NCBI GenBank assembly: GCA_012295275.1
Contig: CM022665.1
Location: 5,394,001-5,458,000 of the forward strand
Origin: Chrysomallon squamiferum
Taxonomy: Eukaryota; Animalia; Mollusca
DNA: 64,000 bases
Reading direction: 5' to 3'
Part shown: in pieces, positions 13,079 through 26,954 of the stretch
How positions within the stretch are numbered: the stretch's first letter is position 1
Layout: the number at the start of each line of letters is the position of its first letter
Translations under genes and position numbers: made by a program
The notes under the pieces: generated by a model
Databases searched by the model: none
What the model saw: the letters and a program-made list of their open reading frames with translations, nothing else
Told to the model about the DNA's origin: nothing

Positions 13079-15118
13079 AATAAGAAGAAGAAGAAGAAGA
13101 AGAAGAAGATTGTCTCCTTTATATTGTTTCATATCTATCATCCTCTCTCAGTTAATTAAACATAAATTAAACAAAATTAAAGGTGAAAAAAATTTAATTT
13201 ATGTATCATATATATATATATATATATATATCAAATAATCAGTAATTTTTATTATTACGTCATTCGGTAAGAAAATGTGTAAATCTCTGCACAAAAGAAA
13301 AAAAACAAATTGAAAAACAAATAAATAAATAAATAAATAGAAAGAAACTGTTTTACAACAGATCTACGTTATAAATAAAAAAACAAAATAAAAAAAAAAA
13401 ATAAATAAATAAATAAATAAATAAATAAAAATAGCTAAATCATTTAATGAGATAAGTGGTAAAATTGTTTGTCAGTAGAATTTCATTTCTTGATATCAGA
13501 AAATGTTCCTGCTGTTGTTTTTTGTTAACATATTTATTTATTATTATTATTTTTTAAAATTATTTTCATTATTTAAACCGCTATTTCGCAAAAGCTTCTA
13601 AAAAAAAAAAAAAAAAAAAATTAAAATTAAATAAATAAACCAGTGATGACGTCATTTTACGAAAAAAAAAATCAGTTAAAAAATATGAATCAGAAAGCGG
13701 TTCCGAAACATCTCACTGACTTGAATAGCTAAAATTTCTGGAATACATTTTTTATTGGGTTTTTTTGTTGTTTTTATTATTAATATTTTTTTCTTCCTCT
13801 GAAATAAATTATATCTCATCGACTTTTTTTTTTTTCAGGTTAACACCAACGACACATTTTCTTAAAAAAAATAAAAAAAAATATTAATAATAATAATAAT
13901 AATAAATAAATAAATAAAAACAAAAAATAAAAACATTAATAAATAAATTATGCCAGAAACTCCTGAAAAAATGCTAGAATAAAAACTTCTTACCTTTAAA
14001 GGAGTAATGTAAAAAAAAATAGCTGTTTTATTTTGTTTTAAAAAATAAAAGATACAGTTATTTTATACGCAGGACTGAATAAATGACGCCTACATTGAAT
14101 TCGAATACGTTAAATCCTGGCAGTTACTAAATATCTGCGTATGTAAACTGAAACTTTTGTGACTCTCAGAATTACGTATTTGAGTCAATTCGAAAATATT
14201 AATAAAGAAAATACAAGGCTTACTTTAAAATAATCATGGTGCTTAATGAAGGTTTAAGGATACCTTAGGAAATATTTCATTTATATAAAAATGATATTTA
14301 TTAAATATGTAAATTCATCAGCGGCGTTCAGTAGACAGACAGAGAGACAGAAATATGGATAGATAAATAGACAGATAGATAGATAAAGAGAGAGTGAAAG
14401 GTAGTGTGGGTGAGTGTGTGTGTATGTATGGGTGTACGTGTGCGCGTGCATGAGAGAGAGAGAGACAAAAGGCATTTCTTGTATTTCTGTTACACTATGA
14501 CTTAATCAGATATAATAATATACAAACAATCAACATAGCAATATATCTGTGAATGAATGAATGTATGTCTTGGAGTCTATGTATATTAAAGAATGAGCAT
14601 GTAAATGTCGTCTGAATGTTTCAATGTCTGAGTATCAAGGAGTTAATTTTCTATTATATCAAGTAAACAAGGTTTCGTTGATTCAAGGAATACAGTTACA
14701 CGGAAATCCACTTGTCAAAGACTAGCGCAGTCAGCATTTCCAAGATTAGCTACATCAGTTAACTGGTTTTACATCATTTGGAAGTAAGATTACTCGGAAA
14801 TGTATCAGACTGGATATTTAGTACAAACAGTATCCATGAAATAACGTTACTTTTGTCTCACCCTTCATAAATTACTAAGGTTTCCATATTAAATCGAAGA
14901 AGTTTGGTAGCTAGTAAATTAGTGAGTAGTGATTTACCCTATTTACTACTTCACCGCGAACGTTTTATTTAACTTTGAAATAAGAGTATTTCCTGGAAGT
15001 CGGAGAAAAGCGGAAATGGTAATTATTGTATCTACGGTTTTGTTCTTGATAAAACTATACTAATTTAGAGGTTCTTGGATATCTGATCGGAAACTTATGT
15101 TTGATATTATTTTATATC

Positions 15119-15149
<31 letters not shown>

Positions 15150-15704
15150 TTTAAACTTCTCAAAATTCGTTATAAACTGTTTTCTAAATACCATCATTAG
15201 ATTAAAGAAATTATGTTATATTTTCAATATCAACAAAAAGTAAGACAAAAAGTGATTTAAATTTTATTTTAATCTTTAAACTTTTCGATTTCTTTGTTTC
15301 GTCTGTGTCTGAAAAATAAAAAATACTTGGTTTATTTCATAACATATCATACCCTGTAAAACGAAAGCTAAAGAAATCTATAGCGACTACAGAAGTGTAC
15401 ACATAATAGATTACAATAAATGTTTTAAAACAGTCACCCATTCCATAATTGAAGGCAACAAACCATGTTTATTTAAAAGCGTGTGAATATTATAAAAACA
15501 TTAAAAAATTCCACAGGTATTATTTTATGAAAGTTAATCTTATTGTCAGTGTATAACAATTACAAATATAATATGTAATACAAAATGTATACGAGATCGA
15601 AAGACACTGAAATACAAATGATAATTATTCAGAGATAGATTCATGATTTGATCTTCAAGAGGAAATAAGTTAGAGAAAAAGGATTGGAGATTTTATGCAT
15701 ATAG

Positions 15705-15817
<113 letters not shown>

Positions 15818-15935
15818 TCTTCTTCTTTAATAACTAAAGACAATGCTTTGTGACGGTAAATAAAAAATCTTTTTACATAATGTCTTAGCTTACCTGATAA
15901 TTATTGCAGCTATTAAACAACCGCCAGATCCGAAT

Positions 15936-16866
15936 TTAATTATCTAAATTAATTATAACATTATGTTATAATGACGGATAAAGATGTCTCATTGATGCAA
16001 GTTAATTTGGTTCATGAAGGTTTGTTGTAATAACCTATAGAAGCAGCTATATAACCACTGAAAACTGAACTGTAACTAAAGTGATTAGGTGCATATGCAG
16101 AACTACTGATAACAGTTAAAGTGATACTGACAAAGGTGCTCGGGTGGTGGTTACGTTACTTTTAACTGTAAATTTAAGTATGCAAATAACAATTAACACT
16201 AGTACTCGTAAAACTGTTTAGAAATTTACATTTTTCATTCAGTAAAGTTCTTATCCATATCATTTTACTTGGAAAAGAAAAGTGATATTTACCATCGTCA
16301 TGGAAAGCTTCTAGTAACTCTTCAAAATCTCGTTTATTCATGTTCTTCATGAATTCAGCCTCGTCCAAAATCTCGTCATCGTTTTCATCAATATCTCTTC
16401 CTAAAATGTCGCTATCTGTAAAGATAAGAAATATATTTTAGACAACTGTAAGTATTCTAGTTTTCAGAGAAGTAATATTTATTTATTTATTTATAAATAT
16501 GTTCTACAAAAAATATAAAAATTCTAATTTAGATGAAAATAATATTTTAGTGAAAAAATTATAAATGTTTTATTTACAATATATAGACTTCGGAATATAC
16601 CGTCACAAAGCATCGCCCACTTAAAGGTATTTGAAAAACAAATATTTAAAACAATTCTCAACAGTAATCTAACCTGGTCGTAACATTCCAATTGGGCCGA
16701 AGGTTGGTAGGTGTAACATTCCAATTGGGCCGGGCGTTGGTATGTGTACCATTCCAATTGAGCCAGGAAATTTCGGCCTAAACTTTTCAAGTTGCTCTCT
16801 CCTTATTAGAGGCGTTACCTCGTAAATAGCAACACACAACAACGCAAGAACGAACACAAGCTTCAT
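15936..16866 (-). CDS. AMP-like precursor C1 (GPIGM-repeat Pro/Gly-rich peptide)
   Basis: Exons 16866-16674, 16415-16293 and 15943-15936. Product: MKLVFVLALLCVAIYEVTP / LIRREQLEKFRPKFPGSIGMVHIPTPGPIGMLHLPTFGPIGMLRPDSDIL-G-R / DIDENDDEILDEAEFMKNMNKRDFEELLEAFHDDDN*. Confidence 0.85.
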
Positions 16867-17170
16867 CTGAAATAGAAAAAACGGTATCAGTTTTCTGATT
16901 TATATCAGTGTGCAACTGTGAAGCGTAATACATATGATCTACAAAATAACATGCTCCGTATCTTGACAGACGTACATGGCCAGATTAGAAATAGTGTCTG
17001 TTATAGGTTTACGGGGATCGAATTTGTACTATACCATGTTAATCCAGTCTTAATAATATAATATATACGATTTTAATGTTATCTTGCTGTATAATTAGAA
17101 AACCAAACAAAATTATATTCTTACAAATGTACCTACTTAGTTTTAAAACAGTTATTACTTCACAAACACA

Positions 17171-17231
<61 letters not shown>

Positions 17232-17299
17232 TAATAATAATAATAAAAAGATGAACGTTAAAATCACAATTTAATTTGAATAATGAGAAAGTTAGTTAC

Positions 17300-18447
<1,148 letters not shown>

Positions 18448-19074
18448 GTAAGCCCAAACGATTATTTCAGTACTGAATTTGACATTTTTATGTCTGAAAT
18501 CATAATTGAATAAGATTTTTTTTTTCATTTCACTTTAATATTTTATTACTATTTCTGATACTTTGAAAAAATGTAATTTTTTTTCGCATTTTTTCCTGAC
18601 TTCACAAACGTAACTGTGGTGATTTGCAATTTTAAAACATTTCTGCTTCGTCGAAGACTTAGTTATAGAATTTTTCTTATTAACGGAAAAATCTTTTTGT
18701 AATTATTCTATTTTAAATCTATCATTAACTCTGAAACTTCAAGACCTATTATTATTGTTATTATTATCATCATCATCCTTATTATTATTTTTTATAGTTA
18801 TTACTATTATCACCATCATTATCATCATCATCATCATTTGTCTTGTTGATTCTTCACTAAAAAGTTTCACTAAAATATAAACTAAGAAATAGATCAATTC
18901 TACATAAATAAAGCTTGAACTAGTAGAATTTAATATTTATGAAATGTGAATATTCGAAAACTCTTCCAGTTTGATAATCGAAGTTTTCCCCTATATTGTA
19001 ATTAGATTATGGTTGTTAAGTAATCAATGTATGGATTAAACAGAATAAATATTATTTTATTAATTTATTTTCAG

Positions 19075-20793
19075 ATGAAGCTCGTTCTTGTTCTTCTCTT
19101 GTTATCAGTTGTCGCCCTGCACGAGACTAATGGAATCTGGAGACGTTTCCGATGGCCTAGATTTCCTCGCCTTCCCAGAATCCCTCGCCTTCCCAGATTC
19201 CCTCGCTGGCCAAGAATTCCAGGACGCTGGCCTGGACCGATAGGAATGCCACCAAGACCAATGCTGAAAGGTTAATAAATATTTTGTAAATTTATGGACA
19301 TTAGTTAATAAGCATAAACATGCAACAAACATACGAACTTGCATACAAAATAAAACGACTGAAATAACAAACAGTGACAAACACAAATATTAAAGCAAAG
19401 CCATAACAGTAATTATCATGTTCAAACTTTTTCTCTAAATTAGTAGAAATTCAGTTAATTTACTGTTTTATCGACACAATCATTTATGCCATGAATTCAG
19501 AACCTCAGGAGCACCTACTTGAAATGCTGTTAATGATTAAAATTATAGATTTAGTTAGAAGTGCTTTAAATACAAACAGGTTTTCTTCTAATTTCCTGTA
19601 ATTTTTATAGTTACAGATGTAGATGATATCCATACTATATAAATTATTTTCATTTCATATATAAAAACCAACATTTTCATGGACTATCTAAAATATATTT
19701 ATTTGTAAATACATTAAATTATAATTATTTATAGAGTAGCTAGTGATATCTGTAGGGTACCTATAATCTACCTGTTAGTAGGCTAGTCTATCATGCTTAC
19801 GAGTTGACTAGAAACATTATTGTTATTAATAGACAAGCTAAATTTCACCTATTTATAGACCCAATTATATATGTAAACTAGCTAAATTACACTTATGAAC
19901 AGAAAATAATATTGACACATATTGGTTGACTAACTAAATTTAATTATTACAAGATAAGCAAAAGGAAATACGTATGTAAGATAGCTACTATATAATTATT
20001 TAGAGACTAGAATATTGACTCATACTGGCTGACAAACTAAATCATAATTATTAACACACAAGAAGAATAAATGCATATACAGAACAAACGAATTATATTT
20101 CGACTTGTTAGTTCTACATCGATCAGAAAAAACGCATTGTACACGTTTGTAGACTTATAATTTCTTCTGTTGTTTTCAGGAAGAGACGTCGATTCCATTG
20201 ATGAAAATGAGGATGGATTTCTCGATGAAATGGAACTGGCGAAACACCTCAACGAGCGAGACATTGAAGATTTAATCAAGATGTTGGATGAAAATGGTAA
20301 ATTATATAAAATTCTGATCAATCGACTGTTTATATGTAATAAGAGCTTGATAGGAATGTTAGTTTTATTATTCTACAAGTAAAAGCATTCATGATTGCTT
20401 TTGTTTTTGAAAATATTTATATATGTGTACATTTAGATATATGTATGTCTGTATGAGTGTGTGTGTTTGTGTATACATGTATACTTTTGTTCTATTCTAT
20501 TACTCTTGTTATTCCTTTTGCTATTCTCTTGCAATTATTGTCATTGTTTTTGTTGTATTGTTGTTATTATTTTTTTTTTTTTCAATACTATCATGCAAGT
20601 TCATTATTATTATTATTCTTGTTATTATTATTATTAGTACAAGTAGTAGTAGTAGTAGTAATAGTAATAGTAGTAGTTGTAGTAGTAGTAGTGGAAGTAG
20701 TATTGGTAGTAGTAGTAGTAGTTGTAAGATTGCTGTTATTGTTATGTTACAGGTGATAATCGGCTCTCTGTAGATGAGTTTACTGAAGACTAA
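19075..20793 (+). CDS. AMP-like precursor D1: Pro/Arg/Trp-rich peptide plus C-terminal EF-hand-like pair
   Basis: Exons 19075-19270, 20180-20296 and 20753-20793. Product: MKLVLVLLLLSVVALHETNG / IWRRFRWPRFPRLPRIPRLPRFPRWPRIPGRWPGPIGMPPRPMLK-G-R / DVDSIDENEDGFLDEMELAKHLNERDIEDLIKMLDENGDNRLSVDEFTED*. 3'UTR exon from ~21169 with AATAAA at ~21241. Confidence 0.9.
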
Positions 20794-22000
20794 TCAGGTA
20801 AATTTACGATAATTTCTAGTCAAAAGTATTTTGATGCAAAAGTCTCTTAATGTTAAACTGTATCTGTTTTGAAATGTAATTTAATATCCCATATTAAAAT
20901 TCAATTTCAATACGGAATATTAAATTACATTTCAAAGCCTTTTACCAGTTCAAATTCTGATATTTAGCTAAATGTTTATCTAAAATGATATATTTGTATC
21001 AAATGCTTAATCATTAATAAACTATAAACAGTTAAGAAGATGGTAAAAAAAAAAGTGTTTTTCCATAGAATCCGAAGTATTCTGGATGACTAACAATCTG
21101 TTTTGTTAAATTCTATTGAGTGCGATAAACAGCTGATATTTACAATATTAATTATGTTTCATTTGCAGTTCTGATGTCATTTCCAGCTACAGAACAAACA
21201 GTGAGAATCTCTGTATACAACGCAGTCATTGAAAACTCTGAATAAAATAAAATTTGAACGTAAGCTGTGTTGTTTTTTAATTAGGTTTACACTTTTTCTC
21301 TAAACAATAACTGATGGCACTATTTGGATAATGGTTTTGCGTGATTTTTGCTCTTCAAAGAGAAATGTATAAAACTATAGATATTTCTTTTTAAATACAT
21401 AATTTTATAAGACCTCAGTTCACAACAGAGATCCGTCCCAAACAGATGAGAGAAACACCGATAACAAAGTGTATTTTTGAAAAATATGTACATGAAAGTG
21501 TGATTTAAAGCAATGCTGAGTCATTCTTTTAGTTCCTTTTTTCGGATTTCTCGCGTCAGTGTGCACAAAAGTTTTGTCTATCCTTGACTGTTATATAATA
21601 CCGTCACAAGTTTTTAAACAACCTCATTTGTTACATTGTTTCCGATCCAGAAAGATGAGAGACCCACTGACAACAAAGTGAAAATATATCTTTGAAACAT
21701 GTGCATATGAAATGTTTTGTCTATCCTTGACTGTTATATAATACCATCACAAGTTTTTAAATAGCAAAATATTAATGCCCTTCTTTCTGTTTTATATTAT
21801 TTCTGGAATATTGCTTCGAGGCTATTTGAAAATAAAAAATCAAATATTCGATTTGATTATAGAACTATGGTCATATTCCTTTCAAAATAAATTTAATAAC
21901 GACAGCAACATAACCAGAAAGGATATTTATTAGAATCTTATTTCTTATATTATTTTATGTCACATCTGATTTGATGTAGTTTTCTTCTTATTTATCGATT

Positions 22001-22225
22001 TCAAACATCTTCTGAATCTGGAAAGTAAACAGATTTTGTCAATTTTCTGTAATAAACGAAGAACAGGGATGAAAACTTTGTTTAAAAACAAACAACTTAC
22101 TTCATTATAAACATTAATGTGTCGAAGACGTGTTATTTGTTTGTATGTATTTGTGTTGGTGTGTTTGTTTGTGTGTATGTATGTATATATATATATATGC
22201 TCCAAATACGATAAGCCTATATATA

Positions 22226-22276
<51 letters not shown>

Positions 22277-23025
22277 GAATATGTTTATGCGTGCGTGCGT
22301 ATTTGTGGTATACGCACGTGCTTTTGAGTGTGAACACGTGTCTGAACATGTGTGTGCGCGCTTACTGAATTTATTCATTTCCTGTAACATATTCTCAATG
22401 TTACGCTCATTCAAATATTTTGCCAGTTCAACATCATCAAAATTCTCATGGTCTTCATCTGCTTCAAACTCAGGTGCAACGTCCCTGCCTGTAATGAACA
22501 AAATTTTATATATTGCTTCTAGACAAATGTCAGCATTAAGTTGCAGTAGGAGTCAAACTAATATTTTTTGTTATGATTATATCACGAAACTGACCCACGT
22601 ATTATCTTTGAAAAAAGAAAGTGTTAAAGTTATGAGTTGCAGGTAGGAATTTTTGTTTGGAGGTTAAAGCACATACATCCGTATTCCTGTAGTTTATAGT
22701 AGTAGATGGAATATAAATGATGAAATGATGATCAGTTTATAGTAGAAGAAGAAGTAAGAACAAGAACAAGAAGAAGAAGGAGAAGAACAAGACCATGAAG
22801 AAGAAGAAGAGGAAGAAGAAGAAGAACAACAACAACAACAACAAGAAAGTTGAGAATTAGAAAATTGATCAAACCTGTGCGATGTAAATATTTATCCAAT
22901 AACTTTCTAATCCTGTCCCAGTTAATGCGCAGAGGATGGTGGTATATTTTCTGTCTGATCCACGCTGCTGAAGATTCTTGGAGAGCGACGAGAGAGAGCA
23001 GAACAAGGAGGAGGACAAACTTCAT
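22001..23025 (-). CDS. AMP-like precursor E1 (His-containing, predicted amphipathic helical peptide)
   Basis: Exons 23025-22875, 22488-22366 and 22017-22001. Product: MKFVLLLVLLSLVALQESSA / AWIRQKIYHHPLRINWDRIRKLLDKYLHRT-G-R / DVAPEFEADEDHENFDDVELAKYLNERNIENMLQEMNKFNSEDV*. Confidence 0.87.
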
Positions 23026-23818
23026 CTGTAACAAAATGTTAAAATATAGTTTACGTGTAGAATTTCTTCAGTAAGTCTGACAGGGAAATATTTTCGGATG
23101 ATTGTAGTATTGTTTTTATACTTACATCTTGTTTTCAGTCACCCTCCTATATTATCGTTCAGTTATTGTTATTATTATGTATATATATGTATGTAGTAAT
23201 GTGTAATAATAATATATAATCCCAATAATAATAATAATTTGTTATTAATAATAATTTTAAAAATAAAAATGTTTTAGTTTTTTCATATATAAGATTATTA
23301 GAGAAAGAACAAACATTCGCTTTCTTAAAACTATTTTAATTAATAAATTTACATTGAATATTTTATTAATGAGAACGATAAATTGTAAACACATCTATAC
23401 TTACCTTTATGTAGTGTTGAACGAATAATGAAGTACACTTTATTTCACAGTTCTACAGCTGTATTTAAAGAGCTGTGGTGTTTGAAATGTTGTAAATACG
23501 ACAGTGAGAAATTATTTCACAGAAAATTCGTGTGAGATCCTAGAAGCAACATTGAATTAACTGACCTGAAAGTAAGTAGTAGTAGCAAAGTATGCGCATA
23601 GTAGTAGTAGAACAAACACATAACAAATTTAAGAAAGTGCTTATTTAAATGAAAACGTTGATGTTTTGTATGTTAGTCCATGCAAGTGTGTATGCATGGA
23701 CACATTATTAATGAGTGTGTTTAAGATACAATGCTTTGTATTTCATCGTTTTTGCAATAGTAGCAGGAAACAGACTATATATCTAGTATGTATGTATGTA
23801 TATAGTGTGGTTTAGGTC

Positions 23819-23871
<53 letters not shown>

Positions 23872-24053
23872 TCTCTATGAAATGCCAAAGACGTGGTGAT
23901 TTTTAATTATTAATATTTAATAACGTTCTTTCAATGAACAAGTTATAAAAAGAATGTTACTATTTGTATTATTTTGATTTAGATGCAGCATTCTATGATT
24001 TGGTATTTTCTGTGTATATGAATGTTAATGCCTCATTTTATTTAAAGCAAATG

Positions 24054-24161
<108 letters not shown>

Positions 24162-24412
24162 GAGAAATATAAATAAAAACCGAAAAGAAGAGTTTGTAAA
24201 AAAAAAAAAGAGGATCTGAAACAGCGTAAAATATAGTCAGATCGATAACGAGAAATACAGAACAGATGTGTAGAGAGATAAGTAACAAAAAAGGTCAAAC
24301 AGTTATGAGTACAGACGAGTATTAATAAAACCACATTATCAAACAGGATATGAGATAGAGAAAGAGGACGAGAGAGACACAGAGATACAGGGACAGTAAG
24401 AATAGTGATTGC

Positions 24413-24532
24413 CTCTTTAACGCAGCATTTTCCTGGTCCGCAAGAATTGGTGTCATGCGGGTCGCAGTCGTGGATAACATCAGTGAGGATGCCGTCTCGA
24501 TATGTCAACGTTCCTGACACTGTCAACACACT
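24413..24532 (-). pseudogene. Orphan exon of Cys-rich prokineticin/astakine-like gene (unit 1 copy)
   Basis: SVLTVSGTLTYRDGILTDVIHDCDPHDTNSCGPGKCCVKE after a tgcag acceptor. The signal-peptide exon is missing near 25350 and the last exon is only present in garbled form near 23640-23820. Confidence 0.65.
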
Positions 24533-25260
24533 CTGCATAAAACAACTGGGCGAGATTTACTTATTTGTTTCTTAGAAGCTCTATTTTGTTATCGTTGTTG
24601 TTGTTTACTCAAAAATAATTTTAAAGAGTTGCATCATCTATTGTAAAATCACACTAATCTAAGAAAGAATATGCTGATGTAATTTATTTCTACCATTAAT
24701 GTCATAAAAATTTATTTTTGTACTAACGAATAACATTTAGGTTTGTATATGTTATTCGTTAGTAGGAAAATAAAATAAAATATATGTTAGATATTTTTGG
24801 TTTTTATAACATATAAGGTAAATTATTTAATCACTTTTGGTTGTTAAGTTTCAATACTGCTGACAAAGTTTTTCAGGATTTTCTCTCTATATTTATAACT
24901 GGCACACAACTACTAATAAGACTGAGCTGGGCAGACAACCCATGCATGTACGTTACATTAAATCCATTTATCGACCAATACCTTACAAAATCCATGACTG
25001 TATAAGGGAAATAACAATTAAACGGGACATTTTTGAACTCTAAAACGTTATCTATTTGTTACTGTTAAAACCGTCTTCATTTTTAAATGTGATGTTATTT
25101 AATTACACTTTACTGCATTATTTAACATGTACTTATGTTTTTACTAAAACTAATATTCTACTTGTTTACGTAAAGTACTGGAGGCCTATATAATATTTCT
25201 TAAATAAATGAAATTAAAACTCTTTGTTTTATAAAAAACTTCTACTAGTACTACTACTAA

Positions 25261-25342
<82 letters not shown>

Positions 25343-25584
25343 GTTATTACTACTACAGTTGTCTTGTAACCTCAAGATAACAGAATTTATATGTCAGGCT
25401 AAAATAATGATTAATGTAATGTAATAAGAAATATATACATTAAAAATTGTTTTTTGATCCGAAAACATTTTGAAAATCATTTCCATCCTGTTTGTCGTAC
25501 GATATCATTATCATTATAATTCACACCTTTTATGAGAATATTTTTTATTTGTTTTTTAAAATGTATGTATAAATGTATGTATGA

Positions 25585-25622
<38 letters not shown>

Positions 25623-26019
25623 CTATGTACGGATGTAGTTTACGATTTTGAATATTCTCTGTGTTTATGTAGGTCTGATTAGACTCTGCACATAGACAAT
25701 ATTCGGGAACGCACTGACAAAGGAGGACAAAGTCCAATCTCGACCTCACAAACCCGTCAGATGTCACAGACTAAAAAAGCTGCTCAATAGCCGAGGTAAT
25801 CATCGCTTCTCACTACTCACGCCGTTCTTTGTCTTTCGTCATTTTTGCGTGCATCTTTTTTTGTGGGAAACATGGCACTGGCAAGAAAGTAGTTGACGAT
25901 TTTGAATATTCTCTGTCTTATGGTCTTGTGTATGTCTGAATAGACTCTGTTCTTGATAAATGGATACTAATTTAGAGGTTCTTGGATATCTGATCGGACT
26001 TGTGTTTGATATTATTTTA

Positions 26020-26053
<34 letters not shown>

Positions 26054-26678
26054 TACTTCTCTAAGTTCATAATAAACTGTTGTCTAACCATCATCATTAG
26101 ATTAAAGAAATTATGTTATATTTTCAATATCAACAAAAACTAAGACAAAAAGTGATTTAAATTTTATTTTAATCTTTAAACTTTTCGAATTCTTTCCTTC
26201 GTCAGTGTCTGAAAAATAAAAAATACTTGGTTTATTTCATAACATATCATACCCTGTAAAACGAAAGCTAAAGAAATGTATAGCGACTACAGAAGTGTAC
26301 ACATAATAGATTACAATAAATGTTTTAAAACAGTCACCCATTCCATAATTGAAAATAACAAACCATGTTTATTTAAAAGCGTGTGAATATTATAAAAACA
26401 TTAAAAAATTCCACAGGTATTATTTTATGAAAGTTAATCTTATGGTCAGTGTATAACAATTACAAATATAATATGTAATATAAAATGTATACGAGATCGA
26501 AAGACAGTGAAATACAAATGATAATTATTCAGTCGTCGAAATGCAACAGAAAATAAGCAGTGCACGATATGAAGACTGGAATTCTGAAATGCAGTGGACA
26601 GAATCAGAGATAGATTCATGATTTGATCTTCAAGAGGAAATAAGTTAGAAAAAAGATTGGAGATTTTATGTATATAGA

Positions 26679-26840
<162 letters not shown>

Positions 26841-26954
26841 CTTCTTCTTTAATAACTAAAGACAATGTTTTGTGCCGTTAAATAAAAATCTTTACATAAT
26901 GTCTTAGCTTACCTGGTAATTATTGCAGCTATTAAACAACCGCCAGATCCGAAT

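Noticed and set aside
14700-14712. NF-kB-like GGAAATCC and similar short motifs near the peptide genes
   Set aside because: They are partial matches, expected by chance and not positionally conserved among paralog promoters.
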